Below, one piece after another: positions 48,547 through 60,696 of a DNA stretch of 64,000 bases. Both the position numbers and the translations under genes were made by a program. Position 1 is the first letter of the stretch. Every line of letters starts with the position of its first letter. Origin of the DNA: a virus; the IMG/VR virus record IMGVR_UViG_3300044510_000078. One strand, written 5' to 3'. The notes under the pieces were generated by a model, which was given only the letters and a program-made list of their open reading frames with translations, was not told the origin of the DNA and made no database searches.

Positions 48547-50403
48547 TTAAATTTTACTGTTGAACAAAATCGTCGCCAAGTAAAAATCTAAATTATGAGT
48601 CGCAGCAATTTCGTTTATCTCCGATAAGCGAGCTTTGTTGTTGTCGGTCGGACTTTCGCAATATTTTTCAACATTATCGGCCCACTTTTCCGGAGACTCA
48701 TTTGCCATGATTGTATGCGTAACCATTTCAATAATTTTGGCTTCTGCTTCGCCTATCTTTTTTAGTTTTGATTTTTTCTTAAAAGTTTTTGTTACCTCGT
48801 CTTCTAATCGTTGTCCTAAAATAAGATTTTCTCTAATTTTTTTGACGCTAAAATTTACTTCAGAAGCTCCGATTGGAGAGACTTTATTGGTTGACTTTGG
48901 AATACCCTTTGAGCCGGATGGACGACCAGAACTATCACCGGGCTTTTTTTCTTCTTTTTGGGAGCCGCCAATTAAAGGAGTATATAATCCTTCGTTTTTT
49001 AGTTTTTTAAACTTGTCTTGAGACTCTAACGACTCTTCATGGTCTGGAAGTCTATTTGTTTCAATAGCTTTAATCGTTTCTTCGGAAGTTAGAATTCCTA
49101 ATTCAGCTAGACGTGTATAAATTTTAGCATAAATTCCGTCATCTTTTAAATCTATTTCTTCAAGATATGGAACTGGATAATTTTTGAATCCCATAGTTTT
49201 AGAAATCTTTTTAATTTCGGGAGCGAGAAAATTATTTACAAAAGCTGACCTTGCTTGACGTAATCGAGATACGAATATTTCAACTTTTGCCGTTTGATTT
49301 GCAAATTTTTCGCCACCAGCGAAAACGTTATTTAACCCAACATTTATATCGTTGTTAATTACTTCGTATTTTTTGGCGTCAAGCAGCTCTCCTATCTTTG
49401 GGATAATAAACTCAGCCTTTGTTGTATAATCTGCAATTAATACCCTTCCAACTGATTGATTTTCAAATAATTTTTGTAAAGCGGCAACGTTTTTAGGATT
49501 TACTCCTCCTTTTTCTGGCTCAGTCCCGCAAGTTACTAATAATATGACTTGTTGCATTGTCCTCGCAAGAGCCATATCTATTTTTTTCATTTCATATTTT
49601 GCATTTAAGTCCTCAAGAACTGGAAAACCCATTGGCACTGCGAAAGGCTCATAATCCTGTTTTTTGTAAAATACAGAAACGACATTGTCAGCGGTCAAAG
49701 GAATCAATACTGTCAAATTTATATTTTTTTGTATTGCTTGCTTGACATCTTTAGGAAGAGAAGATAAAAACTCTTCGTCTTCTTCTGTTTGCGGTTTTCT
49801 TAATCTTGCTAATTCATAATCAGACAAAATCTTAGAATAAATTCCAGAACTAAAATTAATAGTGCCAGTTAGAGCTATATCTGCTGGGTTTAAGATGACG
49901 TATTTTATCGGCAAAACTTTTTGCGATTCTTCAGCGCCGTAAACTTGAGTAATTCTGTTTACGTCTTCTGTTTTTAGAGTAGCTTCAAATCTATAAACAA
50001 AAACATTACCAGAACGATAATATTCTCTGTAAAACCTATCTTGCAAGTCCCAACTGTTAATTTTTTTAAAAAAAGCATGGAAAAAACTACGAGATTTTTC
50101 ATTTCCACCTTTAAAAAATATATCCGTAGTAGATAATTCGGTCATCAAATCAATCACATTTCTGAAAACTGAAAAATTATAATAGGCTTTTTGACACAAT
50201 ACAACCGCATCTCTGACTGTTATTGTTGACGAGCCCTGTTTGGAGCTTTCTTTAAAAGGAACAAGACCATCCTGAATATTGCTAAATCTATCGGTTCTTT
50301 CTATGACACCGGCGACATTTCTCCTTGTCTTGTCAGATGCCTCAGTCATCAAGACTAAAGATTCAATATTTTTTTCTTTTTTGGCTGCTTTGTTTTTTTT
50401 CAT
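48547..50403 (-). CDS. Portal protein
   Basis: 618 aa; VRDAVVLCQKAYYNFSVFRNVIDLM, FYREYYRSGNVF, AVPMGFPVLEDL; position between TerL and the protease. Confidence 0.8.
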   Translation of the reverse strand: MKKNKAAKKEKNIESLVLMTEASDKTRRNVAGVIERTDRFSNIQDGLVPFKESSKQGSSTITVRDAVVLCQKAYYNFSVFRNVIDLMTELSTTDIFFKGGNEKSRSFFHAFFKKINSWDLQDRFYREYYRSGNVFVYRFEATLKTEDVNRITQVYGAEESQKVLPIKYVILNPADIALTGTINFSSGIYSKILSDYELARLRKPQTEEDEEFLSSLPKDVKQAIQKNINLTVLIPLTADNVVSVFYKKQDYEPFAVPMGFPVLEDLNAKYEMKKIDMALARTMQQVILLVTCGTEPEKGGVNPKNVAALQKLFENQSVGRVLIADYTTKAEFIIPKIGELLDAKKYEVINNDINVGLNNVFAGGEKFANQTAKVEIFVSRLRQARSAFVNNFLAPEIKKISKTMGFKNYPVPYLEEIDLKDDGIYAKIYTRLAELGILTSEETIKAIETNRLPDHEESLESQDKFKKLKNEGLYTPLIGGSQKEEKKPGDSSGRPSGSKGIPKSTNKVSPIGASEVNFSVKKIRENLILGQRLEDEVTKTFKKKSKLKKIGEAEAKIIEMVTHTIMANESPEKWADNVEKYCESPTDNNKARLSEINEIAATHNLDFYLATILFNSKI

Positions 50404-50413
50404 ACGACTACCA

Positions 50414-52252
<1,839 letters not shown>

Positions 52253-52286
52253 TTCCCTTTTTCCAATATATAGGTATTACACATTT

Positions 52287-54137
52287 TTAAATCATCGTGG
52301 GAACAAAGGTTTCCTGTTCTTCAACTTGCGCGTTTTGCATATCAAAATAAATTTTGGTGGCCCAGTTTCCTAGTAAAAGCGCCGTATAATTGTCTTTTCT
52401 TGCCCTGTTTTCAGTAGTTTCTCTATTTAAATGAGCTGGTAAATCAAAAGTCTGCATACCTCTAGCATTAGTTCCGACTTCAATTAAAGCGCACTCTGAT
52501 TTAGTTAAATCTATCATAGAATCCAAATGCTCAATAAAATCCCCAACTGTATTTACATCATCAATAACGCCTTTAATCAAATCGAAATTAATTCCAGAAG
52601 TGATAGCTTTATCGAAGGCCATCGCGCTGCCAGCGCTTTTCGATGCAAACCAAATTCTCTTAAAGTCAATATTTCCCTGTAAATGTTCGTTAGACTTTCT
52701 TATAAATTCATTACTACCAAATACTTGCTTAAATACAATCCTTTTGTGTTCCAGATTGTGCTGGCGTTTGGCTGTTTTTAATTCTTTGGAATAATCTGGT
52801 TCGTCTAGGCTACTCTCAAATGTCATCCATTTTAAATTTAATTTATTTTTAACAAATAATTCATGCTCATTTGCTGCGTCAATAAAGTTATAACCAGCGT
52901 TATCAATGACAATAAAAACAATATTAAAATGTGTCAACAAATAATAAAAATATCTGATATGTTCTTTTAAATCTTTACCATGTTCTCCGTAAGCGTGGAC
53001 TAGAGTTGATTGTTTATTTTCTTCGTCAAGTTCTAAGAGGGCCATACCAAAGTCGTCAGAAGTTGGGCTGTTGGAGAAGCTTGGGTCTATCGCCAAAACA
53101 TATTTTTTGTCAGGAGTTCCCCTTACTAAAGTATGTGGGCTTTGAGAATGTGGGACAGTGCAATTAAACATTTTTTTCGCAGCAAAATATCCTTCACTTC
53201 CGTCTGTAAATCTAGCACAATATTCTCTAAGGAAAACCGCATTAGAAGTGCCTCCAGTTTCAGCTTCTTTAATAATACTTTGATTTATCATGTGGGCGGG
53301 TAGCGCCTCCCAAGATAATTGGGAAATAAAATATTTTGCATTATCTTCTTTTTCTTTTGGTTTATTTATTTTGCTTATCCATTCACAATAGGTTTCGTAA
53401 AGATTTTCAAAAGTGTATGACGCAGAAGAGAGGGCAACAAATCTTGTCGTATTTTCAAAAATGATTCTGTCTTTTTCATTTAACAATCTTTCTTTTATTA
53501 AAGAGTCTTCTATATTTCTAATTCTAATTCTTTCGTCCATATCTTGTGGAGCAGTTAAGAATGGAATAAGAACCGTATCTACAATTTCTTTACTCATTAA
53601 TAAATATTCGTCAATTAACAAAACATTCGCTCGAAATCCACGAATTTTCTCTCCGTTCAATGGAATGGCAACAATAGACCCTTCGTTGATTTTTAATTCA
53701 TGCAAATCATTTCGTTTAATTTTCGCTCCTAAGACTTGAAAAAATAAAGCCGCGTCCCTTCTTTCAGATATTTCTTCAATTTTGTTAAAAATAAAACGCG
53801 AAGTTCTAAATGTTGGCCCAGCTATAAGAATTTTTGAACCGGGATAGAATATACATTGCAAAATACAAAAAACAGCAGCTATAAACGTTTTTCCACAGCC
53901 ACGACCCCAAATACACATACTATAGTTTCTATTTAACATCCCACGTAAAGTAACCTCTTGGAAAGGGGCGATTTTAATACCAGTTAATAGCTCTACAGTA
54001 AAAGTTAAATTATGACGTAAAAATTTAATCAAAGTTAGCCTAGCTTCGTTATCGCTAAGTTCTCCAACTAAAGTATTTAAATAGACTTCATTTAAATCTT
54101 CTAATTCTGTTTCGTATTTTTGAGGACACGTCCACAT
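52287..54137 (-). CDS. terL: Terminase large subunit
   Basis: Walker A IWGRGCGKT, Walker B VLLIDEY, SSAS, FLREYCARF, nuclease VLAIDPS and RKDNYTAL. Likely start 54137 (MWTCPQKY). Confidence 0.92.
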   Translation of the reverse strand: MWTCPQKYETELEDLNEVYLNTLVGELSDNEARLTLIKFLRHNLTFTVELLTGIKIAPFQEVTLRGMLNRNYSMCIWGRGCGKTFIAAVFCILQCIFYPGSKILIAGPTFRTSRFIFNKIEEISERRDAALFFQVLGAKIKRNDLHELKINEGSIVAIPLNGEKIRGFRANVLLIDEYLLMSKEIVDTVLIPFLTAPQDMDERIRIRNIEDSLIKERLLNEKDRIIFENTTRFVALSSASYTFENLYETYCEWISKINKPKEKEDNAKYFISQLSWEALPAHMINQSIIKEAETGGTSNAVFLREYCARFTDGSEGYFAAKKMFNCTVPHSQSPHTLVRGTPDKKYVLAIDPSFSNSPTSDDFGMALLELDEENKQSTLVHAYGEHGKDLKEHIRYFYYLLTHFNIVFIVIDNAGYNFIDAANEHELFVKNKLNLKWMTFESSLDEPDYSKELKTAKRQHNLEHKRIVFKQVFGSNEFIRKSNEHLQGNIDFKRIWFASKSAGSAMAFDKAITSGINFDLIKGVIDDVNTVGDFIEHLDSMIDLTKSECALIEVGTNARGMQTFDLPAHLNRETTENRARKDNYTALLLGNWATKIYFDMQNAQVEEQETFVPTMI

Positions 54138-54139
54138 AC

Positions 54140-55084
54140 TTATAATAAATTTGTATCGTATAATAGCTGTAAATCGGCTTTTTTCCATAAGCCCTTGCTT
54201 GTTAATACAATTTCAGCTATTCTTGCGGCCTCGGTTCTACCATCAACGAATAAAAATTGTATATCTTTAAATTGATAAATTAATTCTCTCATATTTCGTA
54301 GGACAAATTCGGGAGAGGCTTTTACATTAGAATATGCTGGTCTTAGGTATTTGAACCTTGCTACATTATTAAAGTCACTTTCTACGAGAATAAGCATTCC
54401 CGCGCCAACTTCTTCTGCTTTTTTTAATTCTTTTTTAAATCTTTCGAGCCCGCCGCTCATTGTCCCATAAAAATCTGCTAATGATTTTCTTTCTATAAAA
54501 CTATTTTCACAAAGCTCTTTATTATCCAAAGTATAATCTCCAAATTTAAGCGCGGCTTTAATGATTGGTAAATTATTGAAGCAGAGTGGGGCTTGTTCTC
54601 TTGTGTCTATATAAATAGAAGAATTATTTATTGCTGGACTTTTAGGTAATTCTATTTTTTTATATTTTGCGGGAACACCAATCTGTTCGCATAAATCATA
54701 ATAGCTCCCAAATAGTTCGTCGAAATAATTAATAGATGGAATAAGTAATGACCGTAATTCTACTTGACAAGGGGCGAACTTTAATTGTTTTTTTTGTATT
54801 CTTCTTTCCAGTAAATTTTTACAATATGTTTTTGCAATTTCTTTATCTTGCTTTCTAAGCCAGTAGCGCAAGTTATTTTTATTGTTAAAATCATCGTTAA
54901 AATATTGGTCTTTAGTTTTGAAAGCGATAATTTTTTTATCATGTAAATCATATCTCGGAAAGTAAGTTTGATAGTAAGAAACAATCCTATGTTTGTGGAC
55001 TCTTATATGTTTGTGTAAAGATTCTTCATTTGTAAATACCTCTTTACAAATTTGACAAACTAGAGTTGTGCATACATTATCCAT
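54140..55084 (-). CDS. C2H2 zinc-finger + ERCC4/XPF-like nuclease
   Basis: CQICKEVF..EESLHKHIRVH; IYIDTREQ, GDYTL, FIERKSLADF. Confidence 0.85.
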   Translation of the reverse strand: MDNVCTTLVCQICKEVFTNEESLHKHIRVHKHRIVSYYQTYFPRYDLHDKKIIAFKTKDQYFNDDFNNKNNLRYWLRKQDKEIAKTYCKNLLERRIQKKQLKFAPCQVELRSLLIPSINYFDELFGSYYDLCEQIGVPAKYKKIELPKSPAINNSSIYIDTREQAPLCFNNLPIIKAALKFGDYTLDNKELCENSFIERKSLADFYGTMSGGLERFKKELKKAEEVGAGMLILVESDFNNVARFKYLRPAYSNVKASPEFVLRNMRELIYQFKDIQFLFVDGRTEAARIAEIVLTSKGLWKKADLQLLYDTNLL

Positions 55085-56165
55085 TTAGAGCTTCATTTCT
55101 TGAAAGACCCATAATTTTTCCTTTAAGCTCGTCCATAGTCATTAGTCTTTCCACTTCTTCTTTAATTGATACTTTTTGTAATTGGGCAAGTTTTATCATT
55201 TTGTTTCTTGTTTCTTCTAATTTCCAAAGCTGCACAAGATTTAAAATACTTGCGTTATCTTTGAGCTGTTTACTTAGTCTATCACTTCTTTTTTCTTTTA
55301 GGCTGTTTGTTAAGTCTTGCTGTCTTTTAACGCACGCATTATATTCTACTTGAGCTTTTCCGATTGCTTCCACAAGAGACATCGCAATTCTTACATTATC
55401 TTCTCCAGACTGTGAGGATTCGTCCAATAATACTTGCAATCGCTCTGACCTTCTTTGAATTGTCGAGGCCATAACAATTTCATTAGCTAAAAGAATATAT
55501 TGGTCAACCTCTTCTTGAGTTAAATCAGATTTATCATAAGTATAACGAATAAAAGTAGATTCAAATAATTTTCTATCAGTTTCGGTTTCAAAACTATTAA
55601 TCTGATGATTAAATCTAAATGTGTGTAAATATCCAATCAATGATTCTAAATCTTTTTTTTGTTTTGCGGTAATTTTATCTTTGTCAATACCCTCGTGGAT
55701 GTATCTATTGACCCTAGCTAATGCGGTGACAATTGTTTTTGGAGGATTCCAATTTTCTTCCGGAACTTCATTGGTGTCTCCATAAACTATTTTTTTATCT
55801 AATGTTTTTACATATTCATTAACCGTTCTTGTCTCTTGGTTTAGATTTGTTAGAGATGGATTATTAAATAATACCTTTGCCATATCTAAAGAAGTCATAG
55901 ATGACGCATTCTTTGAGACGTATTCCATTTGCTCTAAAGTTAAGGTAATTTTATCTTTCGTTAATCGTTCTTGAGAAGGTCTTGGCTTCAAGCTGTGTGT
56001 GGCTAAAAAAGCTTTGACAGCCCTGCCCTCGACTGAACGACCGTCTATTTCTTTCCCAAAAACCGCCACCGTTAAATCTTTTAGCGCTGGAGGAATTTCA
56101 GACGAATTCCATAAATTAAGTAATTTAAGTTTTTGTTCGTCAGTTAATTGTATGTCGCTTTCCAT
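55077..56165 (-). CDS. Hypothetical protein with helical/HTH-like N-terminus and coiled coil (candidate terminase small subunit)
   Basis: Position upstream of nuclease and TerL; helical pattern. The ORF is solid; the function is speculative. Confidence 0.45.
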   Translation of the reverse strand: MESDIQLTDEQKLKLLNLWNSSEIPPALKDLTVAVFGKEIDGRSVEGRAVKAFLATHSLKPRPSQERLTKDKITLTLEQMEYVSKNASSMTSLDMAKVLFNNPSLTNLNQETRTVNEYVKTLDKKIVYGDTNEVPEENWNPPKTIVTALARVNRYIHEGIDKDKITAKQKKDLESLIGYLHTFRFNHQINSFETETDRKLFESTFIRYTYDKSDLTQEEVDQYILLANEIVMASTIQRRSERLQVLLDESSQSGEDNVRIAMSLVEAIGKAQVEYNACVKRQQDLTNSLKEKRSDRLSKQLKDNASILNLVQLWKLEETRNKMIKLAQLQKVSIKEEVERLMTMDELKGKIMGLSRNEALNG

Positions 56166-56166
56166 A

Positions 56167-56847
56167 TTAAATGATGTCAATTTGTCCTTCTGATATGATT
56201 TTTTTGGCTTTTTCTATAATATTTTTTCTAATATTTTTTATTTGTTTGTAGCCGGGATGTCTATTCTTTTCGTTTGTTGTATAGCCTAATTTTTCTGCGA
56301 CTTTCTTTTCGTCTTCATTATTTATGAACAGCGCTTCATACACTTTCCATTCTAACGGTTTGAGCGCGGCTTTCATTTTCTGATGCAAGCGTTCGGCACA
56401 ATGTTCTATATTTATATTATCATCCCAAGCCTCTTTGACTTCATGCTCGTGCGTTGCCATTGGAACTGTAATTTTGATATTGTAGGCATTTTTCTTTTTT
56501 TTCTCCCAGTCTTTGTAAAGCGGACATTTTTCACATTGTTCTCCATAAATAGAACAACCATTGTCAGGTTGAGAGGCGGCACATTTTAGACAGGGGCGAA
56601 CAAAATTGCTATAAGAATTTCGAATTATATTTCTAGTTTGATTTGTGATAATTCTATTTAGCCAAGGCTGTATTGGTTTAGAAGAGTCATACTGATTCCA
56701 TTTTTTAAATATATGAATTCTAATAATTTGAGCTACGTCTTGGAAATCCAACCATTGTAAAGAAGTTAATGTCCACTTATTTTTTCTTTTGTTTATTTCT
56801 TGGTCAATGACTGCGATATAATCATCAAACTTAGGTTTAGTCTCCAT
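56167..56847 (-). CDS. Phage ECF-like sigma-70 factor with Cys-rich insert
   Basis: Region 2-like DFQDVAQIIRIHIFKKWNQYDSSKPIQPWLNRIITNQTRNIIR; region 4-like KAALKPLEWKVYEALFINNEDEKKVAEKLG. Confidence 0.8.
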   Translation of the reverse strand: METKPKFDDYIAVIDQEINKRKNKWTLTSLQWLDFQDVAQIIRIHIFKKWNQYDSSKPIQPWLNRIITNQTRNIIRNSYSNFVRPCLKCAASQPDNGCSIYGEQCEKCPLYKDWEKKKKNAYNIKITVPMATHEHEVKEAWDDNINIEHCAERLHQKMKAALKPLEWKVYEALFINNEDEKKVAEKLGYTTNEKNRHPGYKQIKNIRKNIIEKAKKIISEGQIDII

Positions 56848-57280
56848 TTATATCCTTTGAATCTCTTGTTGTCCCGGCTTCTTTTAGAAATTCAGCCCTG
56901 AAAGTTTTTTCATCATATTCAAATTTTTGCGGTTCTGTTGGATAAGCTTGAGACGTAGGGCAAGGAGATGCCATAATTTGTTTTAGAGTCTCTTTTATCG
57001 GTGGCGAAGAATTTATATCTGTTTCAAATTCTAGGCCGGTGAGTTCTGTTGTGAATTGCTCCACGCTTTCTCCATCGTCTGCATCAATTTCTTCGTATTG
57101 TTTTCCCTTATTATTAAAGGCTAAAATTTTTGGCGCGAATGTTTTTAATTTTTTTAGCTTTTCTTCTGGTTTGGGAGGCGAAGAGGACAATGAAGCTAAA
57201 TTTGTGCCGCACTCTGGACAAAATTTACAGGATACACTTGGAGCTTTTTTACCGCAATTGTGACAATAATTAACTGGCAT
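56837..57280 (-). CDS. Zinc-ribbon protein
   Basis: N-terminal CHNC...CPEC; acidic remainder; stop overlaps the sigma gene start. Confidence 0.7.
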   Translation of the reverse strand: MPVNYCHNCGKKAPSVSCKFCPECGTNLASLSSSPPKPEEKLKKLKTFAPKILAFNNKGKQYEEIDADDGESVEQFTTELTGLEFETDINSSPPIKETLKQIMASPCPTSQAYPTEPQKFEYDEKTFRAEFLKEAGTTRDSKDINGD

Positions 57281-57346
57281 ATATCCATAATAATAAAAAA
57301 CTCATCATTTTTATAAACAAAACAAAAAAAACAAACTACAATATAC

Positions 57347-57511
57347 ATGGAAGAAGATAATAAAATTCAAACCTTAAAAGAAATCTTACGTCTTTCATTT
57401 GAATACTGTGAAGACGATAATCCAAAAATTGCCGAAGAATTTTCAAAAATTAACTTGGCAGCTTATCAACTACTTAAAAATATAGAACACAAAAAATTTA
57501 AAATTGAATAA
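57347..57511 (+). CDS. Small hypothetical protein (54 aa), not in ORF track
   Basis: MEEDNKIQTLKEILRLSFEYCEDDNPKIAEEFSKINLAAYQLLKNIEHKKFKIE; overlaps the TTG start of the next gene. Confidence 0.5.
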   Translation: MEEDNKIQTLKEILRLSFEYCEDDNPKIAEEFSKINLAAYQLLKNIEHKKFKIE

Positions 57512-58409
57512 CGAAAATACAATTGCATTATACCGACCGGGGGCGTTAGGTGATATAATGATGACTTTAAACTGCTGTAAAAAATTAAAAAAACAATACC
57601 CAGAAATTCATTACTTTTGTCACACTTCATACAAAAATATAATTGAAAATTTTGTTAAAAACAATGATATTGTCACAGAAATATACGATTTAGCACAATT
57701 CAATCATTTAAATTATAAAAATTGGGTAAGATTGGTCGGCTACCCAATCAAAGAGGGTTATCCAATGACTCCAATGAAAAAACATCTTGTGGAGTATTTT
57801 TTTGATGAATTAAAATTAAAATGTTCTTTTGATGATTTTGAATTAACGACCGGCGAAATTCCGGAAAAAATTGGAAGAAAAAACTATCCTTATTTTATTA
57901 CTGTTCAAACAAACGCCGGATGGTCAATCTATAAAGAATGGTCTGGATGGCAAGAACTAATTAATAAAATAAAAAAAGAAAGACCCGATATTTCTATATA
58001 TCAAATCGGAGGTGCGAAAGATAAAAAACTTGATGACATTGACGGCGATTTTTTGGGAGATTCATTTGAAACAAATTTAGCCGCACAAGCTTGGTCTTTG
58101 TGTCATTTAGGTATTGATTCTGTTTTTAATCACACTTCCAATATCTTTTGGCGGAACATAAACAAAAAAACAAAATCAATCATATTGTTTGGTTCGACAC
58201 AAGCTTCCGCTTCTGGATATAAACATAACATAAATATAACAAAAAACATCCATTGCCAGCCGTGTTTCAAAGAAAATCCGTGGATTTCCCAAAATACAAA
58301 AGGAATATGCGAAAACCCCCCAAACCAAACATACCAAAATCCAAAACATGAATGCATGGCAAAAATTCAGGTTGAAGATGTATATAGCTTATTACTAGAA
58401 ATTATATAA
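57504..58409 (+). CDS. GT9 (heptosyltransferase-like) glycosyltransferase
   Basis: ALYRPGALGDIMM, FITVQTNAGW..KEW..W, IYQIGG, HLGIDSVFNH, SIILFGST. Confidence 0.85.
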   Translation: MNNENTIALYRPGALGDIMMTLNCCKKLKKQYPEIHYFCHTSYKNIIENFVKNNDIVTEIYDLAQFNHLNYKNWVRLVGYPIKEGYPMTPMKKHLVEYFFDELKLKCSFDDFELTTGEIPEKIGRKNYPYFITVQTNAGWSIYKEWSGWQELINKIKKERPDISIYQIGGAKDKKLDDIDGDFLGDSFETNLAAQAWSLCHLGIDSVFNHTSNIFWRNINKKTKSIILFGSTQASASGYKHNINITKNIHCQPCFKENPWISQNTKGICENPPNQTYQNPKHECMAKIQVEDVYSLLLEII

Positions 58410-59525
58410 ATGAAAAAAATAGCTTTAGGAATGATAGTTAAAAATGAGGCCCACGTTATCGAGAGATGCTTGGATAGTGTTAAAAACCTTATTGACATGG
58501 TTGTTATAGCCGATACTGGCTCATCAGATAATACAATTGAAACAACAAAAAAATGGCTTATTAAAAATAATATCCCCGGCGAAATATTTCTCGAAGAATG
58601 GAAAGATTTTGCCCACAATAGAAGCTCCGTTCTTGCAAAAATAAGAAACATAAAAGAAATAGATTATGTATTAATGATAGACGCTGATGAAGTTTTGGTT
58701 TTTGAAGAAAATTTTGATTTCAAAAAATTTAAAAATGAACTTACGGACGAAGTTTATCATATAACAACAGATTTTGGAGCTACCCAATATTCTCGACCAC
58801 AAATATCCAGCAACAAAAAACCATTCATATATCGTGGTGTTGTGCATGAATTTTTAGATTGTTTAGAGTCTATTAATTCTCATGGAAAAGCTATAGGATT
58901 TGTGAATCGCCCCTTTCAAGATAGCAATAGAAATAAAATAGGTCAAAAATTTGAGAAAGACGCAGAAATTCTAAAATGCGCGCTTGAAGTTGAGAAAGAT
59001 GAATTTTTAATTTCTAGGTATTCTTTTTATCTTGCCCAATCTTTAAAGGACTGTGGAAAGCGTGGAGAAGCAATAAAGTATTATACAAAAAGAATCTCCT
59101 TGGGATTTTGGGAAGAGGAAAGGTTCTGGGCCGCATATCAAATCGCTCAACTCAAAGAAAGTTTAAAACACCCAATAGACGACATAATCCAGTCATTCCT
59201 TTATGCACACGAAATATGCCCAAAAAGGATAGAGGCTTTACATGGTGCCATGCGAATTTGTAGATTAAATAGTAAAAATAATCAAGCATATATGCTTGGT
59301 AAATATGCCATTTCATTACCCAAAATAAATGACGGACTTTTTGTAGAAAAATGGATATATGATTATGGTCTATTAGACGAATTTTCAATAGCCGCTTATT
59401 GGGCGGGTTACTATGAAGAATCTCGTAACGCTTGTTTAAATCTATTATCAACGAATACTTTGCCAGAATCATACAGGAAAAGAGTAAAACAAAATCTGCA
59501 ATTCTCTCTTAATAAATTAAAATAA
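58410..59525 (+). CDS. GT2 glycosyltransferase with TPR-like C-terminus
   Basis: IALGMIVKNEAHVIERCLDS, IADTGSSDNT, LMIDADE, YRGVVHE, RYSFYLAQSLKD. Confidence 0.9.
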   Translation: MKKIALGMIVKNEAHVIERCLDSVKNLIDMVVIADTGSSDNTIETTKKWLIKNNIPGEIFLEEWKDFAHNRSSVLAKIRNIKEIDYVLMIDADEVLVFEENFDFKKFKNELTDEVYHITTDFGATQYSRPQISSNKKPFIYRGVVHEFLDCLESINSHGKAIGFVNRPFQDSNRNKIGQKFEKDAEILKCALEVEKDEFLISRYSFYLAQSLKDCGKRGEAIKYYTKRISLGFWEEERFWAAYQIAQLKESLKHPIDDIIQSFLYAHEICPKRIEALHGAMRICRLNSKNNQAYMLGKYAISLPKINDGLFVEKWIYDYGLLDEFSIAAYWAGYYEESRNACLNLLSTNTLPESYRKRVKQNLQFSLNKLK

Positions 59526-59527
59526 TT

Positions 59528-59995
59528 ATGCTATTCGGACCATTAATGACCAAACAAAAAATTGATTTTTTTGCAAAATGTCAATATCTGCTTTTAAAAT
59601 ACCATCCCAAAAGCCGTTTTATAGTCACTTATGAAAAAATAGAAGAAAAATTATCTTTTTTTAAGTCTTTGATAGAAACATATAGTGGAGCTTTTCTCGA
59701 AACGGATTCAATGTGCCTGCTTTATAATAGAGTAAGCATCCAAAATCCAAACGATGTAATAGAAGAATACAAAAATGCAAAAAATTCTTGCTATATACAA
59801 GAAGGCAATTGTATCTCAATAAGCTTTTTAGTCGCTGACTCAACTCCAGAAAATTTTAAAGAATTTATAAAAATCTTTGAAAACATAGAATATGTAATGT
59901 TTTTACGAGGAGAAAAAGTCGCAATTCTTCCGCGCGATTTATTTCTATCTAAAGCTAATGAAGTTGTTTCAAAGCGGGATTATTTACTTTCTTAA
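59528..59995 (+). CDS. Hypothetical protein
   Basis: 155-aa ORF co-oriented with the GT genes; no motif recognised. Confidence 0.55.
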   Translation: MLFGPLMTKQKIDFFAKCQYLLLKYHPKSRFIVTYEKIEEKLSFFKSLIETYSGAFLETDSMCLLYNRVSIQNPNDVIEEYKNAKNSCYIQEGNCISISFLVADSTPENFKEFIKIFENIEYVMFLRGEKVAILPRDLFLSKANEVVSKRDYLLS

Positions 59996-60686
59996 CTATA
60001 AATTTAACCAATTCAGAACGCTTAATGTCCTCTTCTCCAAAATTGAAAGAATATATTCCCATTTTAGCACTGAGTTCATCATTAAATAATCCTTGTAATC
60101 TCTCAAATCCGCCAACCTTTCCATTTGTTAAGTCTGTTTGCATTGGGTCAGCTAAAATAAAACATTTGGAAAAATGTCCCAATCTTGTTAATATTGTTAT
60201 GATTTCCTTATAAGTGGAATTTTGGGCCTCGTCAAGAATAATTGTTTTTGCGTTCCAATTAAGTCCTCTTGCATAATTAATCGGAAATGCAGAAATTCTT
60301 TTTTCTTTTTCTAGTATTTGGAGTTGAGATTGTGGTAGTAATTCTTCTAGTTTTTCATAAAATGGCAGATTATAAAAATGCAATTTCTCTTCTGCTGTGC
60401 CGGGTAAAAATCCCAATTTCGTGTCCGCGCTTTCCACGGCAGACCTAAGATATACAATATCTGAAACTTTTTTATCTGATAAGAGCTTCAAACTTGCATA
60501 TACCGCCATCAAGGTTTTGCTTGTTCCCGCTGGACCACCTAAGAAAATTAGTTTGGCTTCTTTGTTTAGGGCAATTCTTAGAAATTCTTTTTGTTTATCT
60601 GACCAATTGAGTTCTTTTATCAGAAGTTGGTTTTTAAGCTTATCTCTTTGATGCACATGGAGAGAAACATCTTTGTGAATTTTCAT
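59955..60686 (-). CDS. phoH: PhoH-like ATPase
   Basis: FLGGPAGTSKT, IVYLRSAVE, LGFLPG, RGLNW...IILDEAQN, LTRLG, ADPMQTDL, EDIKRS.LV. Confidence 0.92.
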   Translation of the reverse strand: MKIHKDVSLHVHQRDKLKNQLLIKELNWSDKQKEFLRIALNKEAKLIFLGGPAGTSKTLMAVYASLKLLSDKKVSDIVYLRSAVESADTKLGFLPGTAEEKLHFYNLPFYEKLEELLPQSQLQILEKEKRISAFPINYARGLNWNAKTIILDEAQNSTYKEIITILTRLGHFSKCFILADPMQTDLTNGKVGGFERLQGLFNDELSAKMGIYSFNFGEEDIKRSELVKFIVKKVNNPALKQLH

Positions 60687-60696
60687 ATCTTAATTA

